Shown piece after piece: positions 46,144 through 58,462 of a DNA stretch of 64,000 nucleotides. Numbering within the stretch: the stretch's first letter is position 1; every line of letters begins with the position of its first letter. The DNA comes from Parcubacteria group bacterium LiPW_30 (lineage in GTDB: Bacteria; Patescibacteriota; Minisyncoccia; Phycocordibacterales; VMEP01). The DNA is taken from positions 255,883-319,882 of the forward strand of contig VMEP01000001.1 of assembly GCA_007375595.1 (NCBI GenBank). The letters are read 5' to 3'. The translations under genes were made by a program, and so were the position numbers. The notes under the pieces were generated by a model that had not been told where the DNA came from, ran no database searches, and saw only the letters and a list, made by a program, of their open reading frames with translations.

Positions 46144-47208
46144 ATGGATTATCAAAAAATACTCGCAGAATTGATTTCTATCGTTATTAAAGAAGGTGGC
46201 TCAGACCTCCACTTATCAGAAGGTCGGTATCCGGCAGTTCGTGTCGCGGGGACGTTGAGTTATCTTGTAAAAAAAGAAGTACTTAAAAAAGAAGATACCC
46301 TTGGTTTACTCGAGGCTCTTATTGGAAAAGAGAGAGTTAAAAAATTTTTAGAAAAACAAGAGTTTGATTTTTCATATGAATTTAATAAAGGGGAGGCAAG
46401 AATGAGAGGTAATGCTTTTATAGAAAAAGGGGCAATAAGTGTTGCTTTGAGACTTATTCCAAGGGTAAAAACTTTAGCTGAGTTGAGACTTCCTCCGATA
46501 CTCACTGAATTTGCAAGAAAAAAACAAGGATTTTTCTTGGTAGTGGGCCCAGTTGGGCAAGGTAAATCAACAACACTCGCTTCGATGATTAATCTTATCA
46601 ACGCCGAACGAGCAGAACATATTGTTACGATTGAAGACCCTATTGAATATATCTTTGAACAAGAGCGCTCAATGATAGACCAACGTGAAGTTGGTATAGA
46701 CACAAAAGATTTTCAAACAGCGTTGAATTCTGTTTTTAGGCAAGACGTGAATGTCATTATGATTGGAGAAATGAGAAACCCAGAGACGATGGCAACAGCC
46801 GTAACCGCCGCTGAAACAGGACACCTTGTTTTTTCAACACTACACACAAACAACGCCTCTCAAACAATAGACCGTATTATTGACTCATTTAGTGCTGGGC
46901 AACAAGACCAGATTCGTGTACAACTTGCTTCAAGTTTACTCGGAATTTTTTCACAACGTCTTGTACCGCGCATTTCTGGTGGCATGGTTCCAGCATACGA
47001 GCTTTTGATAAAAAATAATGCTGTTGCTAATTTGATTCGAGAAAAAAGAACACATGAAATAAATATGATTATTGAAACAGGGTCAGAACAGGGGATGATT
47101 GATATGAACCACTCTTTATTAGAGCTTGTTTCTATGGGAGAAATAACACCAGAAAGTGCATATACTTATTCCCTTAATCCCAAAGGACTAGAAAGATCGC
47201 TTTCTTAA
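46144..47208 (+). CDS. pilT: Twitching motility ATPase PilT
   Basis: Walker A GPVGQGKSTT; PilT-size (354 aa) lacking the N-terminal GSPII domain. Confidence 0.9.
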   Translation: MDYQKILAELISIVIKEGGSDLHLSEGRYPAVRVAGTLSYLVKKEVLKKEDTLGLLEALIGKERVKKFLEKQEFDFSYEFNKGEARMRGNAFIEKGAISVALRLIPRVKTLAELRLPPILTEFARKKQGFFLVVGPVGQGKSTTLASMINLINAERAEHIVTIEDPIEYIFEQERSMIDQREVGIDTKDFQTALNSVFRQDVNVIMIGEMRNPETMATAVTAAETGHLVFSTLHTNNASQTIDRIIDSFSAGQQDQIRVQLASSLLGIFSQRLVPRISGGMVPAYELLIKNNAVANLIREKRTHEINMIIETGSEQGMIDMNHSLLELVSMGEITPESAYTYSLNPKGLERSLS

Positions 47209-47228
47209 GATAATTAAATTTTACTCAG

Positions 47229-48446
47229 ATGATTTTTTCATACAAAGCGATAACTCAAGATGGGCAAGAGAAGAAAGGCACTATTGAGGTTGCAACACAA
47301 GATATGGCAATTGTTGCGCTTCAGCGCCGAGGACTCGTTGTTGCTTCTATAGAGGAAGTCAAAGAAGGACAAGGTGGTTCTATTTTTAATTACAACCTCG
47401 CTTTTCTTGAAAGTGTTTCTTCAAAAGATGTGGTTATGCTTTCACGACAAGTTGCAACACTTTTTGACGCGAACGTTTCAGTTCTCAAGGCTTTTAGAAT
47501 GCTTGCAGCTGAATCAGAGAAATCGATTATTCGAAATAACCTAACATTACTATCTGACGATATACAAGGAGGGTTGTCTATTTCTGAATCAATGCTCAAA
47601 AGACCAGTATTATTCTCTCCTTTCTATGTGAACATGGTTAGGGCGGGGGAGGAATCAGGAAAATTATCAGACACATTTATGAGCCTTGCGGACCAAATGG
47701 AACGTTCGTACGAATTAACCTCAAAAGCTCGTGGGGCAATGATTTACCCAGCTTTCGTCATCGGGACGTTCGTGGTTGTTATGATATTAATGCTCACGAT
47801 GGTTATTCCAAAATTAGCAGGTATTTTGGAAGAGAGTGGACAAGCTGTTCCAGTTTATACGCAAATAGTTTTGTTCATGAGTAAGTTCCTTGTTGATTAT
47901 GGAATATTTTTTCTATTTCTCCTTGTTGGAATCGTTGTGTATCTTTGGAAGTTTAAATTTAAAGATGAAGGGGGGTTTTATCTTGACCGTATGAAATTGT
48001 CTATCCCTTTTGTGAAAGACCTTTTTGAGAAGTTATATTTATCTCGTATCTCCGATAACATGGACACGATGCTCTCTTCTGGAATTTCAATGGTGCGTTC
48101 TCTTGAGATTAGCGCCTCGGTTGTTGATAATAAAGTTTACGAACAAATATTGATTAAGACCGCTGAAGATGTGCGTGGTGGTGTTCCTCTTTCAGACGCT
48201 TTATACAAATACGAGGAAATGCCAAACATGATGATACAGATGATTCGAGTTGGAGAGGAAACTGGTAAACTCGCCCCAATCCTAAAAACAGTCGCCCGTT
48301 TTTATCGTCGTGAAGTTAATACCGCCGTTGATACCTTGGTGAGTTTGATTGAGCCAATTATGATTGTCGCCCTAGGTTTGGGTGTTGGTATCTTACTCGC
48401 ATCTGTTTTGGTCCCAATTTACAACATCGCTTCGGCTGGATTCTAG
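47229..48446 (+). CDS. pilC: Type IV pilus platform protein PilC (GspF family)
   Basis: Duplicated GspF domains, 3 TM. Confidence 0.9.
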   Translation: MIFSYKAITQDGQEKKGTIEVATQDMAIVALQRRGLVVASIEEVKEGQGGSIFNYNLAFLESVSSKDVVMLSRQVATLFDANVSVLKAFRMLAAESEKSIIRNNLTLLSDDIQGGLSISESMLKRPVLFSPFYVNMVRAGEESGKLSDTFMSLADQMERSYELTSKARGAMIYPAFVIGTFVVVMILMLTMVIPKLAGILEESGQAVPVYTQIVLFMSKFLVDYGIFFLFLLVGIVVYLWKFKFKDEGGFYLDRMKLSIPFVKDLFEKLYLSRISDNMDTMLSSGISMVRSLEISASVVDNKVYEQILIKTAEDVRGGVPLSDALYKYEEMPNMMIQMIRVGEETGKLAPILKTVARFYRREVNTAVDTLVSLIEPIMIVALGLGVGILLASVLVPIYNIASAGF

Positions 48447-48675
48447 TGGCAGAAAGATAGCTTTTAGCTTCACCAGCTTCTTTAGGGGATAGGGGGCAGG
48501 TTGTATAGTTAAAAGCTCTCTCCTATCGGTCTAACAAGCTAATGAAGCTATGTTAGCTAACACCTGCTTAAAGTTGTCCACATAATCCTTCCCACAATAA
48601 AGATTGGCTGGTATAATAAGACAATCTTAAAAATTGAGGCTTTTTAATGGGTCAAATTATAATTTAAATTAAAAT

Positions 48676-49155
48676 ATGAATAGAAATAATAAAGGTTTTA
48701 CGCTTATCGAACTCTTGGTTGTTATCGCAATCATCGGTATTTTGTCGTCTATCGTTCTTGCTTCCCTAAACACAGCTCGTGGTAAGGGTGCAGACGCAGC
48801 TATTAAGGGGAACCTTGAAGGTATCCGTGTTCAAGCAGAAATGCTCTACGACACTAATGGTGGTTATGGTGTTGATGCTACACCTACAGCATTTACTGCC
48901 GCTGCTTGTGCAGCAACAGCAGATACTCTCTTTGCTGACACTGTAATCAAAGGTCAAATCACCTCTGCTGGTACTGCCGTGGACAGTGATGGTATGGCTA
49001 ATGGTAGTTGTGTAAGCACCGCTTCAGAATGGGCAGTATCAATGCCACTAAAGACAGCTCCCTCAACATCTTGGTGTGTTGATAGTACAGGAGCATCAAG
49101 GGTCGTTAGTCCAGCTGGTACAGATAAAGGATTTAGTGGTAATGCTTGTAAATAG
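48676..49155 (+). CDS. Type IV major pilin
   Basis: Class III signal KGFTLIELLVVIAIIGIL; C-terminal Cys pair. Confidence 0.8.
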   Translation: MNRNNKGFTLIELLVVIAIIGILSSIVLASLNTARGKGADAAIKGNLEGIRVQAEMLYDTNGGYGVDATPTAFTAAACAATADTLFADTVIKGQITSAGTAVDSDGMANGSCVSTASEWAVSMPLKTAPSTSWCVDSTGASRVVSPAGTDKGFSGNACK

Positions 49156-49171
49156 TCTTAATTTTCTATCA

Positions 49172-49205
49172 AACAAAAAACCCCGCTTTTCTGCGGGGTT
49201 TTTTG
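49172..49205 (+). terminator. Rho-independent terminator after pilin
   Basis: aaacaaaaaaccccgcttttctgcggggttttttgttg. Confidence 0.75.
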
Positions 49206-49230
49206 TTGTTGCATGATATAATTTAAGTAT

Positions 49231-50073
49231 ATGGAAGCGCTTATTGGATTATTTTCTTTTATTTTAGGAACAGTTGTTGGTAGTTTTCTGAATGTTGTAA
49301 GTTTGCGCCACAATACAGGCAGAGGTCTTTCTGGGCGTTCTTTTTGCTTTACTTGTGGAAAAACACTTAGTTGGTACGAACTAATACCCGTCTTTAGTTT
49401 TCTTTTTCAAAAGGGTAGATGTCGGGCATGTGAGAGTGCAATTTCTTGGCAGTATCCAACAGTTGAAGTAATAACTGGTATTTTGTTCTTTGCCCTTTCT
49501 CAAAAATTTTTAGACTTTTTTATGTTAGGTGCAATTGTTGGGGTTGGCAATTTTTATGGAGCGATGATTCTTTCCGCAATGGTTATTTACGCAGTACTTT
49601 TCGGTCTACTTATTGCTATCGGTGTTTATGACCTTAAGCACAAAATAATTCCCAATAAACTCGTTTATATATTTATTTTAGTTGCTTTTATACGTGTTGT
49701 TGGTGTTTCATTCATCAATATTTTTGTTTTAGGTGATACGCTCATTTCTGTTTTGCCGAACCTTTTATCGGGCCCTATTGTAGCTTTACCGCTTTTTCTT
49801 ATCTGGTTTTTATCAAATGGTCGTGCGATGGGGTTTGGGGATGTTAAATTGGCGCTTGGCCTTGGTTGGATGATGTCTTTGTGGGGAGCTTTAGCAGCAC
49901 TTATGATTTCGTTTTGGGTTGGCGGTATTGTTGGTATTATTTTATTGTTTTTGTTTAGTAAAAAAATTACAATGAAGACAGAGGTGCCGTTTGCTCCTTT
50001 CTTAATCTCCGGCACTATTATTGCTTTTTTCTTTAACATCAACATTTTCAGTTTTTTAGAATTTTTTGGCTAA
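49231..50073 (+). CDS. pilD: Prepilin peptidase PilD (A24 family)
   Basis: N-terminal CxxC..CxxC zinc motif, polytopic membrane, conserved Asp residues. Confidence 0.85.
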   Translation: MEALIGLFSFILGTVVGSFLNVVSLRHNTGRGLSGRSFCFTCGKTLSWYELIPVFSFLFQKGRCRACESAISWQYPTVEVITGILFFALSQKFLDFFMLGAIVGVGNFYGAMILSAMVIYAVLFGLLIAIGVYDLKHKIIPNKLVYIFILVAFIRVVGVSFINIFVLGDTLISVLPNLLSGPIVALPLFLIWFLSNGRAMGFGDVKLALGLGWMMSLWGALAALMISFWVGGIVGIILLFLFSKKITMKTEVPFAPFLISGTIIAFFFNINIFSFLEFFG

Positions 50074-50095
50074 AAAACTTGAAGTAGAATAATAA

Positions 50096-50722
50096 ATGAA
50101 ACAAAAACTAATTAACCGAATACCTAAAAGCTACAGAATAATTCCTGAACGTGGTTTTACGATTATTGAACTATTAGTTGTTATCGGAATAATTGGGTTA
50201 CTTTCGTCGGTTACTTTGGCAAATTATAGAGACGTGTCAGCGCGTATTTCTCTTGAGAACTTAGTTCAACAAATGGCTATTATTGTTAGACAAGCTCAGG
50301 TTTACGGCATTTCTGTTGCGAAAACGAAAAATGTTGTTAGTGAATACCCTCCTTATGGAGTTCATTTTAATACGAGCCCAGCAACATCCTTCATTCTTTT
50401 TGTTGATAACGATGGAAGTGGACAATATTCTGGACAAAGCGAGGATGTTGAAATAATAAATTTAAAAAATAATAATGTGATAAGTGGTTTATCGGGGAAT
50501 AAAATTTCAAGTAGCTGTTTAAATATTCTTCCTCTTGGAACTTTGGACATTATTTTTACTCGACCAAATCCAGAGGCTGTTTTTTATGCTATCAGTGGAG
50601 AGTCGCAAGCTTATCCATCGGATGTGGAGATTACAGTGAAATCCCCAGATGGTTTATATAGAGAGGTAAGTGTATGGTCGACAGGACAAATAAGTGTTGG
50701 TAATGAGGCTTGTCCTTCTTAA
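50096..50722 (+). CDS. Minor pilin / pseudopilin
   Basis: ERGFTIIELLVVIGIIGLL prepilin signal. Confidence 0.6.
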   Translation: MKQKLINRIPKSYRIIPERGFTIIELLVVIGIIGLLSSVTLANYRDVSARISLENLVQQMAIIVRQAQVYGISVAKTKNVVSEYPPYGVHFNTSPATSFILFVDNDGSGQYSGQSEDVEIINLKNNNVISGLSGNKISSSCLNILPLGTLDIIFTRPNPEAVFYAISGESQAYPSDVEITVKSPDGLYREVSVWSTGQISVGNEACPS

Positions 50723-51336
50723 TTAACCCCATGTCTCTTTTAAATAAATTTAAGAAATTAAATAAGGATAACTTTAAAAAAGGTTTTACACTTGTCGAAC
50801 TTTTGGTTGCAGTGTCGCTTTTTGTGGTTGTTTCAACGGTTAGTATTATGGCGTTAATTACGGTCAAAGAAGCTAATGCAAAAGCTCAGGTAAAAAGAAA
50901 CGTTTTGAATAATTTAAGTTTCGCTGTTGAGAATATGGCAAGAAATCTTCGTGTTGGGACTGTTTATAGTTGTAATAGAAGTAGTTTATCTCCAGCCGAA
51001 ACACCAGTTGGTGTTGACTGTGTTAACGGAGAAGACAACATTACCTTTAAGGATTATTTAGGAGATGCCGTGACATATTCTTTAGATGGTGATAGTAAGG
51101 TGATATTGAAAAAGATAACTGGTATCGAAAATCAAGGGAGAACAACACCCGCTTTGCCAATTACTTCTCCGGATGTTCAAATTGACACCCTTCGCTTTAT
51201 TGTGAGAGAGGCAGGCGCTGGTGGCTTACAGCCATTTGCTGTTATTTTTGTTGAGGGTGTTGCTAAACCAGGAACAAAATTAGAAACTAGGTTTAAGGTT
51301 CAAACGTCGGCTTCACAAAGAGTTCTTGATTTTTAA
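50710..51336 (+). CDS. Minor pilin
   Basis: KKGFTLVELLVAVSLF prepilin signal. Confidence 0.6.
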   Translation: MSFLINPMSLLNKFKKLNKDNFKKGFTLVELLVAVSLFVVVSTVSIMALITVKEANAKAQVKRNVLNNLSFAVENMARNLRVGTVYSCNRSSLSPAETPVGVDCVNGEDNITFKDYLGDAVTYSLDGDSKVILKKITGIENQGRTTPALPITSPDVQIDTLRFIVREAGAGGLQPFAVIFVEGVAKPGTKLETRFKVQTSASQRVLDF

Positions 51337-51880
51337 TATGAATATTTTTATAAAAAGAAATAATAGTGTGAGCAATGAAAGAGGTTTTACTTTAATAGAA
51401 TCTATTGTTGCTATTTTTATTCTCTTGATTGCGATTGTGATGCCGATGGCAGTAGTGGCCCGAGCGCTTTTTGCCGCAAATTATGCTCAAGACCAAATTA
51501 CTGCGGTTTATTTAGCACAAGAAGGTGTGGAGTTGGTGCGTAACACGAGAGACAACAATGTTTTGAGCGGCAGTGCTTTATGGGATCAGGGAGACTTGAG
51601 TAACTGTTATGGTGCGAGTGGTTGTTATGTTGACGCAGTTCATAGTAGTAACATGGTTAATGTTTGTTCTGGAACATGCCCGTATGTTCAAGAAGGTGTG
51701 GGTGGTGGTATTTCTTGGTATGGAAACAATAGCGATTGGGGAAACACTAAATATATAAGAACAATAAAGCTTTCAAAAATTAGCGATTATGAAATCAAGG
51801 TTAATTCAACTGTTACTTGGGCTACTCGCGCTGCACCAAGAACAGTTTTGGTCGAAGACGTCATAACGAATTGGCCATAA
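51326..51880 (+). CDS. Minor pilin (PilV-like)
   Basis: ERGFTLIESIVAIFIL prepilin signal. Confidence 0.6.
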   Translation: MIFNMNIFIKRNNSVSNERGFTLIESIVAIFILLIAIVMPMAVVARALFAANYAQDQITAVYLAQEGVELVRNTRDNNVLSGSALWDQGDLSNCYGASGCYVDAVHSSNMVNVCSGTCPYVQEGVGGGISWYGNNSDWGNTKYIRTIKLSKISDYEIKVNSTVTWATRAAPRTVLVEDVITNWP

Positions 51881-51885
51881 TTTTT

Positions 51886-54416
<2,531 letters not shown>

Positions 54417-54505
54417 TTTTTACTCATTGACTTTTACGTAAAAGTATGATAGTGTTTTTGATAGTTTGCTGTACCTAATATTAACCTTTCGTGAGGAGGC
54501 TCTGA

Positions 54506-54841
54506 ATGAAGCCACGTGAAAAAAGCGCACTAAAGAGTGTCGTCGTCTTGTTCTTCTGTGCTGTGATGATGTCGGTTACGGCGATGTTTTTTCCCGAGTA
54601 CTTTGTCGAGATGTTTTTTATTGTTTTTCTCGCCACTGTATTTGTAATCAACCGACACCTCTGTGCCTCGTGCCCGAAATGCGGAAGCTGGGACACGTCT
54701 CGGAAGAGCAGTATGTCATTTGATTCACATCTTGGCTCCTTTCATTCGGTTGAATGGCAGATCTGTTCATGTGGATATGAATGGGGGAGTCATCACGAAA
54801 TCCTTTCAGCGAGAGAACATTCCCGTAGAAGCCCTATGTAA
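54506..54841 (+). CDS. Hypothetical 2-TM protein with C-terminal CxxC...CxC zinc-ribbon-like segment
   Basis: ORF with hydrophobic N-terminal half; GC higher than neighbours. Confidence 0.35.
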   Translation: MKPREKSALKSVVVLFFCAVMMSVTAMFFPEYFVEMFFIVFLATVFVINRHLCASCPKCGSWDTSRKSSMSFDSHLGSFHSVEWQICSCGYEWGSHHEILSAREHSRRSPM

Positions 54842-54940
54842 TTTCCCTCAAGTGGATAAAAGGCGGAGTGGTAGCAATACCCCCGCCTTTTTGTTTTGTT
54901 TTTAAAAATATTACGGAATTGTATTTTTTTAATTTAAGAC

Positions 54941-55127
54941 CCAAAATACCCCCAAAAAACATTGCGCAGTGCGACTGGCTCAATTGCGATAAGTGAAGCA
55001 ATTGAGAGACGGAGGCTGACGAGCCGAGTCGGGGTAGCGCAAATTTCTAGCAAGAAATTATGCGTGACCGAGCATAGTAAATTTTTAGCAAAAAATTATA
55101 CGCGTTTTTTGGGGGTATTTTAAAAAA
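54941..55127. mobile_element. MITE-like element, long copy; perfect 18-bp terminal inverted repeats
   Basis: ccaaaatacccccaaaaaac ... gttttttgggggtattttaa; internal modules shared with 1116, 23536-23690 (reverse complement), 59842-59937, 57740-57800. Confidence 0.65.
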
Positions 55128-55169
55128 AGAGATTTACTACCAACTTTTGATTTCTTGCGTTAGTATAAA

Positions 55170-55295
55170 GGGATGAATCCCGTTAGAAATCAGTATGTTA
55201 TATTTTGACGATGAATACATTTATCACACAACTAAATAGTCGAGCAATAGTTGCCAAACTAATACACGGAAGCGTCGACGCTTCCTATTTCTAAC
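55170..55295 (+). promoter_or_regulatory. Long-range inverted repeat plus internal palindrome in the gatC leader
   Basis: gggatgaatcccgttagaaat ... atttctaacgggatgaag; internal ggaagcgtcgacgcttcc. Confidence 0.35.
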
Positions 55296-55298
55296 GGG

Positions 55299-55577
55299 AT
55301 GAAGAAAGAAGATTTAGACAAATTAGCCAAGCTTTCACGTCTTTCCATTACCGACGAGGAAAAAGAAAAGCTCGCTTTGGAATTTGACTCAATTTTGGGT
55401 TATGTTTCTGAAATTGAAAAAGTTTCAGTGGGAGAGCGCATTCTTGAGGCTGGTCCTTTAAGAAACGTTATGCGTGAAGACGGAGAGCCACACGAAAGCG
55501 GTCTTTATACTAAAGCCATTTTAAATAATGCTCCAGATACGGAAGATGGGTATTTGAAAGTTAAACAAGTTTTTTAA
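55299..55577 (+). CDS. gatC: Glu-tRNA(Gln) amidotransferase subunit C
   Basis: Size, position before gatA, GatC-like sequence. Confidence 0.8.
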   Translation: MKKEDLDKLAKLSRLSITDEEKEKLALEFDSILGYVSEIEKVSVGERILEAGPLRNVMREDGEPHESGLYTKAILNNAPDTEDGYLKVKQVF

Positions 55578-55579
55578 AC

Positions 55580-57004
55580 ATGTCAGTTGATTTAAACAAG
55601 TTAATAATAGAGGAAGCATTGAAAGGACTCTCAAACGGAGATTTTTCGTCAGTTGACTTGGTAAAAAGTTCATTAAATATTATTTCCGAAAAAGAGGGAG
55701 ACATCCACGCCTATCTCGAAGTTTTTGATGACGCAATAGAGCAAGCAAAAAAAGCAGACGAGGAAAGAAAAAACGGTGGGAAAGGAATGCTTCTTGGAAT
55801 TCCTCTTGCTGTAAAAGATAACATTCTTATAGAAGGTCGCCGTGTTACTGCGGCTTCAAAAATACTTGAAGGCTATGTGGCGCCATATGACGCGACTGTC
55901 ATCAAACAACTTAAAAAAGAGGGGGCAATTTTTATCGGAAGAACAAACATGGACGAATTTGCCATGGGTGGTTCTACGGAAAATTCTGCGTTTGGTGTGA
56001 CAAAAAATCCACATGATTTGTCGAGAGTCGCTGGTGGTTCTTCGGGCGGGTCTGCCGCTGCCGTTGCCATGGGAAGTGTTTTGGGCGCGCTCGGCTCTGA
56101 TACGGGCGGTTCTATCAGACAACCTGCATCACTCTGCGGAGTTGTTGGTTTAAAAACTACATATGGTAGTGTGTCGCGTTTCGGGCTTATGGCGATGGGT
56201 TCTTCTCTTGATCAGATTGGACCATTTGCAAAAACAGTTGGCGACGCAGAAATATTATTTAAAGCAATTTCGGGTCACGATGAAATGGATAGCACTTCTT
56301 TGCCGGATGATTTTTATAAAACAGAGAGCAAGAAAGATAAATTGGTGATAGGTGTTCCTCGAAACTTTATTTTTACCGAAGGTATAGACAAAGAGGTGCT
56401 TTCAAATTTCGAAAAATCACTTAATCTTTTGGAAAAATCTGGCGCGGAAATAAAAGATATTGATTTGCCGAGTCTGAAGCACTCATTGGCTGTTTATTAT
56501 ATTTTGATGCCAGCGGAAGCTTCAACAAACTTGGCTCGCTTTGACGGTGTACGGTTTGGTCTTTCGGAAGATGGTGGAGATGTTTTAGGTTCTTACATGA
56601 AAACTCGTGGTGATGGATTTGGACGCGAGGTTCGTCGAAGAATTATGCTCGGAGCTTATGTTCTTTCTTCCGGGTATTATGACGCTTATTACAACAAGGC
56701 AAATGGTGTGAGGGCTCTTATAAACGACGACTTCAAGAAAGCTTTTAGTTCTGTTGATATTATTGCAACGCCGACTTCCCCGGTGCCGGCCTTTAAAATA
56801 GGGGAGAAATCAGAGGACCCACTTTCGATGTATCTTGCTGATATTTTCACAGTTCCTGTAAACTTAGCAGGAGTACCAGCGATTTCTATTCCATCAGGAT
56901 TTACAGAGGAAAAACTCCCGCTTGGAATTCAGTTTATTGCAGGACACGATAGAGAAGGAATACTTTTTGAGTTAGGAAAGAAGTTTGAATCAATTCGCGA
57001 ATAA
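55580..57004 (+). CDS. gatA: Glu-tRNA(Gln) amidotransferase subunit A (amidase signature)
   Basis: Amidase signature GGSSGGSAAAV, catalytic Ser-cisSer-Lys context. Confidence 0.9.
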   Translation: MSVDLNKLIIEEALKGLSNGDFSSVDLVKSSLNIISEKEGDIHAYLEVFDDAIEQAKKADEERKNGGKGMLLGIPLAVKDNILIEGRRVTAASKILEGYVAPYDATVIKQLKKEGAIFIGRTNMDEFAMGGSTENSAFGVTKNPHDLSRVAGGSSGGSAAAVAMGSVLGALGSDTGGSIRQPASLCGVVGLKTTYGSVSRFGLMAMGSSLDQIGPFAKTVGDAEILFKAISGHDEMDSTSLPDDFYKTESKKDKLVIGVPRNFIFTEGIDKEVLSNFEKSLNLLEKSGAEIKDIDLPSLKHSLAVYYILMPAEASTNLARFDGVRFGLSEDGGDVLGSYMKTRGDGFGREVRRRIMLGAYVLSSGYYDAYYNKANGVRALINDDFKKAFSSVDIIATPTSPVPAFKIGEKSEDPLSMYLADIFTVPVNLAGVPAISIPSGFTEEKLPLGIQFIAGHDREGILFELGKKFESIRE

Positions 57005-57005
57005 T

Positions 57006-57620
57006 ATGTTAGACCAAGAAACATTAACAAGACTAGGAAAGGGTGATGAAATTAATTATCTAAATCTAGAGTATTTTTTTAATTTAATATATCAAGGTTT
57101 AAACAATATTTATTTGCTTCTTTCCGGTGGTATTCCAGGTGTTTCATTTAGTGAAATTTTTTTGACCTTAAAAAATATTTTGCAAATATTGATTGTTTTT
57201 CTTATTGTGGGAATAGTTTATTGTTTTCTTCGTCTTCGTGAAATACGAAAAGAACAAAACGATAAATTAACTATCATTGAAATAAAAGATGATGGTGAGA
57301 AAATTAGAAATGAACGCTGGGCTATTGTTCAAGATCATTTGAATAGCGACAACGAAGCAGACTGGAAATTTGCAGTTATTGAGGCAGATAACATATTAGA
57401 TGAGCTCGTCAGAAAAATGGGATATGACGGAGAAGATTTAGGGGAACGTTTGAAGGCCGTTGAGCCATCCGATTTTCAAAGTTTACAAAGTGCGTGGGAG
57501 GCACATAAGGTACGTAATCAGATTGTTCATGAAAGTTCTGGTTTTAAGCTTACATACGCCGAAACAAAAAGAATAATTGGTTTATATGAACAGGTATTCC
57601 GTGAGTTTGAATATTTGTAA
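57006..57620 (+). CDS. Hypothetical membrane-anchored protein with C-terminal HEPN-like R-N-x-x-x-H motif (HKVRNQIVHE)
   Basis: TM helix ILQILIVFLIVGIVYCFL then soluble domain; motif-level inference. Confidence 0.4.
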   Translation: MLDQETLTRLGKGDEINYLNLEYFFNLIYQGLNNIYLLLSGGIPGVSFSEIFLTLKNILQILIVFLIVGIVYCFLRLREIRKEQNDKLTIIEIKDDGEKIRNERWAIVQDHLNSDNEADWKFAVIEADNILDELVRKMGYDGEDLGERLKAVEPSDFQSLQSAWEAHKVRNQIVHESSGFKLTYAETKRIIGLYEQVFREFEYL

Positions 57621-57655
57621 ATTTAGTTGAATTTTTTTGGTTTTGGGGTATTATT

Positions 57656-57685
57656 AGCACGAACGCCTGTAGAGACAGGCCTTTT
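57656..57685 (+). terminator. Terminator hairpin
   Basis: gcctgtagagacaggcctttt. Confidence 0.5.
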
Positions 57686-57719
57686 CAGTTAAAAACTGAG
57701 AAATTATATAGCGGGATGC

Positions 57720-57858
57720 GGGCTTATGGAGTAAGACCGGGCCGGAGCGTGGCGACGCGAGGCGGGGTCGCAGAATTTTTCAGCAGAAAAATATCTGTGA
57801 CGAAGTGGTACTCCTTGTGGTTTAACCACAAAGTTTGTTAAGGTAGTTGTTGAAAGAA
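57720..57858. mobile_element. MITE-family fragment inserted at the tRNA-Met 5' end, flanked by a direct repeat of the tRNA start
   Basis: Direct repeat aattata(t)agcgggatg at 57703 and 57856; internal ccggagcgtggcgacgcgaggcggggtcgcagaatttttcagcagaaaaatat matches family modules. Confidence 0.45.
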
Positions 57859-57863
57859 TTATA

Positions 57864-57932
57864 GCGGGATGGAGAAGTGGTATCTCGCAAGGCTCATAAC
57901 CTTGAGGCGCCCGTTCGAGTCGGGCTCCCGCA
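57864..57932 (+). tRNA. tRNA (anticodon CAT; Met or Ile-lysidine type), compact D-region
   Basis: Acceptor GCGGGAT/CTCCCGC, D-stem GAGA/TCTC, anticodon stem CAAGG/CCTTG, loop CTCATAA, T-loop TTCGAGT. Confidence 0.55.
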
Positions 57933-57993
57933 ACAAGTAAGCGTGGGTGACAGTCGCGAAGTTTCTAGTGTCACAGTACGATTATGATAGCTT

Positions 57994-58064
57994 GCCGATG
58001 TAGTTCAATGGTAGAACGAAGGACTCATAAGCCTTAGACAATGGTCCGATTCCATTCATCGGCA
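57994..58064 (+). tRNA. tRNA (anticodon CAT), second copy type
   Basis: Acceptor GCCGATG/CATCGGC, D-arm TAGTTCAATGGTAGAAC, loop CTCATAA, T-arm AATGG/CCATT. Confidence 0.55.
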
Positions 58065-58086
58065 CTCGGTTTAAAAAATCGAAAAT

Positions 58087-58162
58087 GCGGCCATAGCTCA
58101 ACTGGTTAGAGCACTCGCCTGTCACGCGAGAGGTTGTGGGTTCAAGTCCCATTGGCCGCGCA
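58087..58162 (+). tRNA. tRNA-Asp (anticodon GTC)
   Basis: Acceptor GCGGCCA/TGGCCGC, anticodon stem CTCGC/GCGAG, loop CTGTCAC, T-loop TTCAAGT. Confidence 0.85.
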
Positions 58163-58196
58163 AAATTAATCCCCGAAAGGGGATTTAATTTTGCGT
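58163..58196 (+). terminator. Terminator after the tRNA cluster
   Basis: aaattaatccccgaaaggggatttaatttt. Confidence 0.6.
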
Positions 58197-58209
58197 GACA
58201 AAGCAAGAC

Positions 58210-58325
58210 ACTTGAGTGCCTTGCGGTGGGACTTGAAGCCCGGAGCGATGTTTTTGTTTGAGCGTAGCGAAAGGCAAAAACCGCGAGGGCGGGCTGGGCG
58301 ATTTTTCAGTCAGGAAAAATACGAC
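58210..58325. repeat. GC-rich MITE-family fragment
   Basis: gggcgatttttcagtcaggaaaaatacgac resembles the aatttttcagcagaaaa core. Confidence 0.35.
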
Positions 58326-58462
58326 TAGCCAAGTCCAATTAGTATTTCTTTTTTGGTTTTTTTACAATTAAAATAACCCACTTGTCTTAAAGGTAAAATG
58401 GGTATTAAATTAAGCTAAATTTATCTCCCAGGAAGAGATTATGAAAATTACAATTACTCTAA

